In this document: piece by piece, positions 1 to 7,446 of the stretch
How positions within the stretch are numbered: position 1 is the stretch's first letter
Layout: each line of letters begins with the position of its first letter
Source of the DNA: an uncultured Verrucomicrobiae bacterium
GTDB taxonomy: Bacteria; Verrucomicrobiota; Verrucomicrobiia; Limisphaerales; Palsa-1400
Assembly (NCBI GenBank): GCA_963764165.1
Contig: CAVXRD010000003.1
Coordinates: 1 to 64,000 of the forward strand
Direction: 5' to 3'
DNA: 64,000 bases
Made by a program: the position numbers and the translations under genes
The notes under the pieces: model-generated
Databases searched by the model: none
What the model was told of the DNA's origin: nothing
What the model saw: the letters and a program-made list of their open reading frames with translations, nothing else

Positions 1-1681
1 AGATTGTCTAAAACTTCTGTTTTTTGAGGAATGTATTTGACAATATGTGAGCCTTTAGTTGACAATGCCGTTCAACAAATATGGCTCAACCGATTGCCCC
101 TGATTACGGACAGCAGTTCCTCCTCCCGCCCGCCCTGGAGGACTGGGTGTCCGCCGACCATCCCGCCCGCTTCCTGCGCGAATTTGTCGACCAGTTGGAT
201 CTGCCCCAGCTTGGGTTTGTCATTCCCGCCGCCGCCGAAGGCCGTCCGCCCTATGCCCCCAGCCTCCTGCTCAAGATTTGGCTTTACGGTTATTTCCACC
301 GCATTCGCTCCACCCGCAAGCTGGAAACCGCCTGCACGGAGCATGTCTCGCTGCTGTGGCTGACGGGGCTCAACGCCCCCGACCACAACAGCCTCTGGCG
401 GTTCTGGGACGGAAACAAAAAGGCCCTGCGCCAGGTTTTCAAGCAAACCGTGCAGCTGGCCCTCCGCACCGGGGCGGTGGGATTTGCCTTGCAAGCGTTG
501 GACGGCACCAAGATTCAAGCCGCCTGCAGCGGGCCGCAGGGCTGGAGCAAGGTTTACATGGAGAAGCTCCTGGCCCAGCTGGATGGCGCCTTGGAGGAAA
601 TCGAGCTCAAAGTCGTGGCGGAGAACCAGGATTCCAGCGCACCGGGCTGCCGGCTGCCCGCCGGGTTGGCCCAGCGCCAGGCCCTGCGCGAGGAAATCAA
701 AAAAGGCCTGGCCCAGCTGCAGGCCGACGGGCGCCACCATTACCATCCAGCCGAACCGGAGGCGCGCCGGATGAAAGTCGGCGACACCAACCGCTTTGCC
801 TACAACGCCCAGGCGGTGGCCGACAGCCAGGAGGGCATCATGGTCGCCTGTCAAGCCACCCGCCAGGAAACCGACGCCGGCCAGCTGGTCCCCATGATTG
901 AAGAAGCGAGGCAAAACCTCGGTCCGGCGGCCATTCCAACCCTCACCGCCGCCGACGCCGGCTATGGGGGCGGGGCCGACTTGAAAGCGGCCGTGGAACA
1001 GCAGATGAATGTGCTGGCCCCGCCGGCGGAGGGCAAGCCAGCCCACGACAACGCCTACGCGACGCAGCATTTTCATTATGACGAGGCGGCCCACACCGTC
1101 ACCTGCCCGCAAGAGCGCCTTCTGGACCACGAAGGCCAGACCACCAAGAAAGGCCAGACCGTTGAGCGCTTCCGCTGCCATCACCGAGACTGTCCCGTGC
1201 GCGCCCTCTGCAGCCGCGATCCCAAAGGGCGGCAAGTCGAAGTGTGGCCGCACACCACGCTGGTGCAAGCCATGCGGGCCCGGCTGCAAGAGCCAGGACC
1301 CGCCGCGCTTTATGGAAAGCGCAAAGAGATCATCGAACGCCGGTTTGGGCAGCTCAAGCAACACGACGGCTTTCGGCGTTGGACAGTTTGGGGTCTGGAA
1401 GCCGTGCAAGCCCAATGGGCCTTGTTATGCGCCACCTTGAACCTGCGAATCCTCTATAAAAAGTGGCAGGCCCGGGTCCAGACGCCGAAAATGGAAGTCA
1501 AAACCGCCGCGGTTGAAGGAAATTTGGCGATGGCGGCCTAAAAAAGGAGGGAAAGGGAAGCTTGGCGTCATCGCTGACGCCAGCCACGCTCTGACAACTA
1601 AAAGTTGACACCCGTTTCCACAGCCCCTATTGGTGCCCATATAACCAGATCGGCCAGACTAAAACGTTTTGAGACAGTCTC
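1..1681 (+). mobile_element. IS1182-family insertion sequence (left end at window edge)
   Basis: Left end AGATTGTCTAAAAC (1-14) resembles the reverse complement of right end GTTTTGAGACAGTCTC (1666-1681). They enclose a single transposase ORF. Confidence 0.85.
81..1541 (+). CDS. IS1182-family DDE transposase
   Basis: 486 aa. DUF772-like N-terminus (LEDWVSADHPARFL, GRPPYAP, PDHNSLWRF), DDE motifs ALDGTKI, ADAGY, RKEIIERRFGQLK, and a Cys-rich insertion. Confidence 0.93.
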   Translation: MAQPIAPDYGQQFLLPPALEDWVSADHPARFLREFVDQLDLPQLGFVIPAAAEGRPPYAPSLLLKIWLYGYFHRIRSTRKLETACTEHVSLLWLTGLNAPDHNSLWRFWDGNKKALRQVFKQTVQLALRTGAVGFALQALDGTKIQAACSGPQGWSKVYMEKLLAQLDGALEEIELKVVAENQDSSAPGCRLPAGLAQRQALREEIKKGLAQLQADGRHHYHPAEPEARRMKVGDTNRFAYNAQAVADSQEGIMVACQATRQETDAGQLVPMIEEARQNLGPAAIPTLTAADAGYGGGADLKAAVEQQMNVLAPPAEGKPAHDNAYATQHFHYDEAAHTVTCPQERLLDHEGQTTKKGQTVERFRCHHRDCPVRALCSRDPKGRQVEVWPHTTLVQAMRARLQEPGPAALYGKRKEIIERRFGQLKQHDGFRRWTVWGLEAVQAQWALLCATLNLRILYKKWQARVQTPKMEVKTAAVEGNLAMAA

Positions 1682-1698
1682 GGCGAGGCGTCCCTACC
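1682..1698. repeat. Right half of a GTAG-type REP interrupted by the IS
   Basis: GGCGAGGCGTCCCTACC is identical to the 3' part of the intact REP at 20827-20852. Confidence 0.85.
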
Positions 1699-1767
1699 TC
1701 GGAATTAAGATGCGTCTGCCCTGAGCGCGTGGCTGCGTTCTGTTGACAAATATGCTACGGTTGCTTT

Positions 1768-2448
1768 ATGAAAATTTGCTGCCGCGGCTCTTCGATGCTG
1801 GCAATCGTGCTGTGCTCGGCGACGGGTATTTCTGTCGGCCGCGCCCAAACTCTCTCCATCACGCTCACGGGCATGGAACAGACCACGAGCACCAAAAACA
1901 TTGTTCCGCCTCCAAAAGTTCTTGTTCTCGATAAAAAGGCCCTCTTGAAACAGTTGGCAATCGATGAATATGCCGCCGGCGCGCTGGCGACCAATGAGTT
2001 TCCTCGCGACGCGGTTCTAACCTACAACGGCGCGTTCGTGGTTACTGGCAAAACTAACACATGGGATGTATCCAATATTCTGACGTTGCAAACCGGATCC
2101 AATGTGATTTCCTGGGGACGAAAGATGTCTGACGGCTTTCAAACGACCACCAACAAAGTCCGAGAGATGGTGACGCTTGTTTACGATTCCACCGCGCTTG
2201 GAGGAACCATGAAGTTTTCGGCTTCAGGCATGGCTCTTCTGACGCAATTCGTCGAAGAATACGACCCAAATTATCCTTTGCCGCCGTTCCCGGACGGTTG
2301 GAAGGCGTCCATGTCTCTTACCGCAGCATTGGCGGGTGAAGGGGTCGATGCGAAAGGGAACAACATGGTTGTTAGCGGCTCGCTGCATCTCGCGCGTTCT
2401 TGGACTTACTCGACATACCCGCCTATCGGGCCTCCTCCTATGCCGTGA
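1768..2448 (+). CDS. Secreted hypothetical protein, beta-rich
   Basis: 226 aa with a signal-peptide-like N-terminus (GRA-QT), alternating beta-strand pattern and Pro-rich tail. Family not recognised. Confidence 0.7.
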   Translation: MKICCRGSSMLAIVLCSATGISVGRAQTLSITLTGMEQTTSTKNIVPPPKVLVLDKKALLKQLAIDEYAAGALATNEFPRDAVLTYNGAFVVTGKTNTWDVSNILTLQTGSNVISWGRKMSDGFQTTTNKVREMVTLVYDSTALGGTMKFSASGMALLTQFVEEYDPNYPLPPFPDGWKASMSLTAALAGEGVDAKGNNMVVSGSLHLARSWTYSTYPPIGPPPMP

Positions 2449-2505
2449 CATTGCGCCTTCACAAATTCTTGCCACGCCTAAGGCGGCCCGCGATGATGTC
2501 GTTCC

Positions 2506-4380
2506 TTGATGAACACAACATGGTTTCGCACTGCCTGTTTTTGCACCGTATTGTTGATGGCGTCGGCCGTGCGGTTGAGCGCGGCGGATGATATTCTTAT
2601 CAGCGATTTTACGCGCTCTAGCTTCGGGAAATGGACAGCGACCGGCAATGCGTTCCGCCTCGGCCCTGCGCCGCGCGAGTTGTTTAATAAGCTCGAAATC
2701 GAAAACGCGCTGGATGACTTTGTCGCCAGCAGCGAAATCGAGGACGACGGCCCGCGCGGCACCTTGACCTCTCCGCAATTCACAATCAAACGCAAATACA
2801 TCAGCTTTCGCATTGGGGGCGGCGATTACGAATATCGGACCTGCATCAATTTACTGGTCGACGGGAAAATTGTGCGCAGCGCGGTGGGATGGCGGAGCGA
2901 CCGGCTTGAACCGCAATCTTGGGATGTCGAGGAATTGGCGGGACACAAAGCGCAAATTCAAATTGTGGACGATTCGTCCGGGGATTGGGGACACATCAAT
3001 GTCGATCACATCGTGCAATCCAATCACCCCGAACGGATGCCGGTGGATACGGGGACGCTCTATCACGAATCGTTGCGGCCGCAGTTTCATTTTACAGCGC
3101 GTCAATGGGCCATGACCCGTCTCAACCCCAAGGAATTTCAGGAAGGCTGGCTCAACGATCTCAACGGCCTGATTTACTACGACGGCGAATATCATTTGTT
3201 CGCCCAGCGCTGGGCCAAGTGCTGGATTCACGCGGTCAGCCGCGACCTCATTCATTGGACGGAGCTTCCGCCCGCATTTTGGGAGGAGGAGACGGGCAGC
3301 GGTGTTCAATCCGGCACTTGCGTGATTGATTATCACAACACGTCCGGCCTCTCCGACGACCCCAAAAATCCGCCGATGGTGGCGTTTTGGTCGCGCTTCG
3401 ACCAACGCACTCAATGCATGTGTTACAGCCTCGACCACGGGCGCACTTGGACGCGCTATTCACACAATCCGCTCATGATTGAGCCGGAGCGCGATCCGAA
3501 AGTGTTTTGGTATGAACCGGGAAAACACTGGGTGATGATGATGTACGGCAACGAGCAATATCGCATCTTCACCTCGACCAATCTCATCAACTGGCACGAC
3601 GAGCACAACCCGATTCCGCACAGCTTCGAGTGCCCGGATTTTTTCCAACTGCCGATTGACGGCGATGCGAACCGCACGAAATGGGTGCTGATCCAAGGCA
3701 ACGGCAATTACTCCGTCGGCACGTTCGACGGTTTCAAATTCACCGAAGAAACAGGGCGTCTTCCGTGCGATGTCGGGCCCCATTTCTACGCGACGCAATC
3801 GTGGGCAAATATGGAGACAGGCGACGGGCGACGCATTCAAACGGCGTGGATGCGCGAGCCGCCTTTCCCGGCCATGCCGTTCAACCAGCAGATTTCTTTT
3901 CCGTGCGAACTGACCTTGCACAGTACGCCGGACGGGCTTCGCATTTTTCGAAATCCCATTTCGCAAATTGCGCTTTTGCACGACGGCGAGGACGTTTGGA
4001 CAAATCGGACGCTGCGCGCCAACGAAACGCTTCCACTTGAACCGAACGGGGACACATATCATCTGAAAGGCGAGATCGCGCTGGATGACAAGGCGCACGT
4101 GGACATCAATTTCCGCGGTCACCACGTTTATTTGACATCGAAAACCATGGAATCCGGCAATGGCCCGAAGCCCGTTCCAGAAACCGTTCGTTCCTTTGAA
4201 ATCCTGCTCGACCGCTGTTCCATTGAGACCTTCATCAACGGGGGCCAGGTATCATGCACGCGCTGGATTATTCCAACCGAAGAAGGAATATCGATGCGGG
4301 TGGAAAGTGGAGAAGCCACGGTGAAATCGCTTTCTATTTTTCATCTCAAATCAGCGTGGACCTTGCCGCCGGAGAAGTGA
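2506..4380 (+). CDS. GH32 beta-fructosidase/levanase-like, secreted
   Basis: WLNDLNG, ERDPKVFW and ECPDFF catalytic motifs, FYATQSW, signal peptide and an extra N-terminal domain. Confidence 0.92.
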   Translation: MMNTTWFRTACFCTVLLMASAVRLSAADDILISDFTRSSFGKWTATGNAFRLGPAPRELFNKLEIENALDDFVASSEIEDDGPRGTLTSPQFTIKRKYISFRIGGGDYEYRTCINLLVDGKIVRSAVGWRSDRLEPQSWDVEELAGHKAQIQIVDDSSGDWGHINVDHIVQSNHPERMPVDTGTLYHESLRPQFHFTARQWAMTRLNPKEFQEGWLNDLNGLIYYDGEYHLFAQRWAKCWIHAVSRDLIHWTELPPAFWEEETGSGVQSGTCVIDYHNTSGLSDDPKNPPMVAFWSRFDQRTQCMCYSLDHGRTWTRYSHNPLMIEPERDPKVFWYEPGKHWVMMMYGNEQYRIFTSTNLINWHDEHNPIPHSFECPDFFQLPIDGDANRTKWVLIQGNGNYSVGTFDGFKFTEETGRLPCDVGPHFYATQSWANMETGDGRRIQTAWMREPPFPAMPFNQQISFPCELTLHSTPDGLRIFRNPISQIALLHDGEDVWTNRTLRANETLPLEPNGDTYHLKGEIALDDKAHVDINFRGHHVYLTSKTMESGNGPKPVPETVRSFEILLDRCSIETFINGGQVSCTRWIIPTEEGISMRVESGEATVKSLSIFHLKSAWTLPPEK

Positions 4381-4409
4381 ATCGCGACGGGTTGATACTG
4401 CGCGAGCAG

Positions 4410-4507
4410 GGCAGGGACGCCGCGCCGAGGCGCCCGAGGGTGTGGCGCTTTTCGAATGCGTTCGGATTTTTGAGAGTCCCCGGACGCCTCGGCGAGGCGT
4501 CCCTGCC
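4410..4507. repeat. Inverted REP pair (REPIN/BIME-like)
   Basis: GGCAGGGACGCCGCGCCGAGGCGCCC (4410-4435) and GGACGCCTCGGCGAGGCGTCCCTGCC (4482-4507) are inverted and intergenic. Confidence 0.88.
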
Positions 4508-4563
4508 TTGCTCTGGCCCTTTTCTCGGTTGCCCTTCGCGCGGTTCGGATGAATTATTTGCCC

Positions 4564-5892
4564 ATGCGGAAATTATTTATTTGGCTCGTTCTTTCCTCAC
4601 TGGCACCGGCATTTTCGGCGCTGGCCGATGACACAGGGACGCCCGCCAAAATTGGACTTGCTGATGCCGACAAGTATTACGACAAAACCATGATTGTCAC
4701 CGGGACGGTGGCGCAGGTTTCAGCGAGGCAACGCATTGTCTTCCTCAACATGGGAAAGCCGTTTCCGGATAATCCGTTTACGGCCGTTGTTTTTAACGAT
4801 TCGACCAACAAATTCACCAACCTCCTCTCGCTGAAGGGAAAAGACGTCGAAATCACGGGCCGAATTGTCAAATACAATGGCAAGCCGGAGATCGTCTTGT
4901 CCAACGCCGATCAGTTGACAGTGAAAGGTCCGTCATCAGCGAGAAGTGGTGATGTGGCGAATCAATTCCTCGGCGAATGGGCGGTTACGATTCCGGGCGA
5001 TCACACGGGCTGGCTCGGAGTCCAGTCTGCGGACGGGAAATTGACGGCGCAAATGCTGTGGGGGTGGGGAAGTGTTTATAAGCTGGATGGCGCGGAGATG
5101 AACGATGGAAAGTTAGTCTTGACGCATATTCGCGATGCCGACAGCAAGGGCGCGGATGGCAAGCCAATGAAGACGAAAGTTGCCGAAACCATCATCGTCA
5201 CACGCGACGGCGATCAGTTGAAATTTTCCGACACCACTCCAAAAGCCGATGGCTCGGCTGCGGAACACACCGAATACACCGGCAAACGCCTCCCGCCGAT
5301 GCCGCCTGCGCCCGATCTCAGCCAGGTGAAATTCGGCGAGCCCGTCACGCTGTTCAACGGCCGCGATTTGACGGGCTGGAAACTTGTCGAGACCGACGGC
5401 TACAACGGCTGGCGAGCGAAGGACGGCGTTCTGGCCAACGTGGTCGACGAGCCAGAGGGTCAGCCGCACAAAAATTACGGCAACCTTCGCACCGTTGCGG
5501 ACTTCGAGGATTTTTCGCTCCACGCCGAAACGCGGCTATCCAAGGGCGGCAACAGCGGCATTTATATTCGCGGCATCGACGAAGTGCAGATTTTCGACAG
5601 TTACGGCAAACCACTTGACTCGCACAACATGGGCGCGATTTACAGCCGCATCAAACCGACCGCCTCCGCCGAGAAACCTGCCGGTGAATGGCAAACAGTC
5701 GATATCACTTACGTGAAGCGCCACGCCACCGTCGTGTTGAACGGCGTCAAAATTATTGATAACCAGCCAGTGCTTGGCCCGACTGGCGGCGCGCTCTGGC
5801 CCGAAGTGGATCGTCCCGGCCCGATCATGCTCCAAGGCGACCACACAGGCATCGAATACCGCAATCTCGTGCTGCGGCCCGTTGTCAATTAG
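4564..5892 (+). CDS. OB-fold domain fused to DUF1080 (3-keto-disaccharide hydrolase family), secreted
   Basis: Signal peptide (start 4564, or 4549), OB-fold (VFLNMGKPFPDNPFTAVVF), then LFNGRDLTGW, GNSGIYIRG, GEWQTVDI and GPIMLQGDH-YRN. Confidence 0.85.
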   Translation: MRKLFIWLVLSSLAPAFSALADDTGTPAKIGLADADKYYDKTMIVTGTVAQVSARQRIVFLNMGKPFPDNPFTAVVFNDSTNKFTNLLSLKGKDVEITGRIVKYNGKPEIVLSNADQLTVKGPSSARSGDVANQFLGEWAVTIPGDHTGWLGVQSADGKLTAQMLWGWGSVYKLDGAEMNDGKLVLTHIRDADSKGADGKPMKTKVAETIIVTRDGDQLKFSDTTPKADGSAAEHTEYTGKRLPPMPPAPDLSQVKFGEPVTLFNGRDLTGWKLVETDGYNGWRAKDGVLANVVDEPEGQPHKNYGNLRTVADFEDFSLHAETRLSKGGNSGIYIRGIDEVQIFDSYGKPLDSHNMGAIYSRIKPTASAEKPAGEWQTVDITYVKRHATVVLNGVKIIDNQPVLGPTGGALWPEVDRPGPIMLQGDHTGIEYRNLVLRPVVN

Positions 5893-5907
5893 GAAGCGTG
5901 TTCAGAA

Positions 5908-7305
5908 TCAATCCGAAATAAATTCGGGCCCTTCGAACCAAACGCCAGCGAATTCCTCGACGAATTCGGTTAACGGGACGCTGAATTGGCCATGCTTGGT
6001 GGCATAGCCGTTATTGGGGCCGGGTGTTCCGAACGGCTTGAAGCTATTCCCGTGCGGATTCCACAAGTTAACCTTGTCCGTCGCCGCGTCGTAACCGAGC
6101 ACGGCGTAACAATGGTGCGGAACGAGCCCAGGAACGATCGTTTGAATGACGGCCGTGGTCATTAATTTTTTCTGCTCCACGGCCTGCGTGAGATTTTTTC
6201 GCAAGACCTCAAGTTTGCTGGCGTTGAAATTCGCGCCAAGCGACGTGTCGATCACCCATCTGCAAGGGAAAAAATGAATGGAGTTGCCGGTCAAGTAATA
6301 CATGACCTTGAGTGGAGATCCGCCATCATTGATCGCTTCGAGGGTCAAGTCCTTGTGCTTGTCGGATGGAAGTTGGTCGTTATGAACCGAGGCAATCGCT
6401 TTCTCGATCATGTTCACCCACAATCCGTCCCGGCTCTTGACCGCCGTCATGGCAATCTCTCCGTCCGTGGGCGGATCAATGACGACCGCCGCAACTCCCA
6501 AATGCACGGCAATTTGCCCACCGGGCTCGGAAGTGATGATGGAGGCCGCCTGATGCGGGTCGCGGTTCAGAAATGCGCCGATGGGGCCCAGCACGAAACA
6601 ATCCCCCGTGGGTCCTTGGTGGATGTTGTCCAGGCGCGGCACGGTGGAGGCAGTCAGCAGGCTTCGCGAAACGCCCGCGGCAATGCGCGCCATTCCCTCC
6701 TCGAAGGTCCAGCGCAAATCGGGCTGATCCGGGGCCGCCGAAGCCTTGGACAGTTTCCGGATGTTTGCCAGCGTCAGCGGCGGCCCGGTGAAATTGGTGG
6801 CGACAGCAACCGTTCGGAGCGCCACCAGCGCCGCCGCGGCCGCGCCTTTGTAGGATCGATTCCCGATCGCCTCTTCCAATTCTCCCACCGACAAGGCCTG
6901 GTCGTTGTCCTGGTCCCAATGGCGGAAGTTTGCCGTAACCGCAAAAAGGAAAGGGTCGTCTGCTTGAAACTTTTTGGACGCGGCCACCGCCGCCGCGTAA
7001 TTCGACTCTGCCGCTTTTCGTTCGGCTGTTTTCTTCGCGCTTTGCGCCGCCAGATATGCCTGCGCCTGGACGGGATCGTAGTGGAGTTCCTTTTGAAGAA
7101 ACGGCGGCAGGTTTGAGATGGCAACCTGCGCCCCGCCATCGCCGAATGACAACAAAACCGTCGCAGGGGTGGACGAGACGATGGAGGCGTTGGTGTAGGT
7201 TTGGTCCTTGCATTCCAGCAGCGGAAAGACTCGCGGCTGGGCGAAAACGGATTGCGCCAACGCGGCGAATCCGAAAATCACGGGAATTATCGTCTTAACA
7301 TTCAC
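5908..7305 (-). CDS. Calpain-like (C2) cysteine protease, secreted, with EF-hand-like loop
   Basis: QGPTGDCFVL (Cys), HHCYAVLG (His), LWNPHG (Asn), DQDNDQALSVGE loop and signal peptide. GTG start. Confidence 0.85.
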   Translation of the reverse strand: MNVKTIIPVIFGFAALAQSVFAQPRVFPLLECKDQTYTNASIVSSTPATVLLSFGDGGAQVAISNLPPFLQKELHYDPVQAQAYLAAQSAKKTAERKAAESNYAAAVAASKKFQADDPFLFAVTANFRHWDQDNDQALSVGELEEAIGNRSYKGAAAAALVALRTVAVATNFTGPPLTLANIRKLSKASAAPDQPDLRWTFEEGMARIAAGVSRSLLTASTVPRLDNIHQGPTGDCFVLGPIGAFLNRDPHQAASIITSEPGGQIAVHLGVAAVVIDPPTDGEIAMTAVKSRDGLWVNMIEKAIASVHNDQLPSDKHKDLTLEAINDGGSPLKVMYYLTGNSIHFFPCRWVIDTSLGANFNASKLEVLRKNLTQAVEQKKLMTTAVIQTIVPGLVPHHCYAVLGYDAATDKVNLWNPHGNSFKPFGTPGPNNGYATKHGQFSVPLTEFVEEFAGVWFEGPEFISD

Positions 7306-7394
7306 GACTGCAAAGGATCACGGTTATTAAACCAGACCGAGCACTCATTGGTCAACCTCGACTCAAACCAAAATGCCAGTCGTCCAGCCTGCAC

Positions 7395-7420
7395 AAAAAG
7401 AGGCCCGCGACCGGGCCCCC
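7395..7420 (-). terminator. Rho-independent terminator of the S53 gene
   Basis: Minus strand GGGGGCCCG-GTCG-CGGGCCTC followed by TTTTT, just downstream of the stop at 7447. Confidence 0.65.
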
Positions 7421-7446
7421 GTGAATTGCGTTCCGTCGCCTGGCGA

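Noticed and set aside
72..1415. Long antisense ORFs (also 10395-11810, 12501-13562, 22017-23309, 38289-39338, 62484-63545)
   Set aside because: Shadows of well-supported genes on the opposite strand in GC-rich DNA, with no motifs of their own.
1701..1722. TTAAGATGCGTCTGCCCTG as the end of another MITE
   Set aside because: No partner end or second copy in the window.
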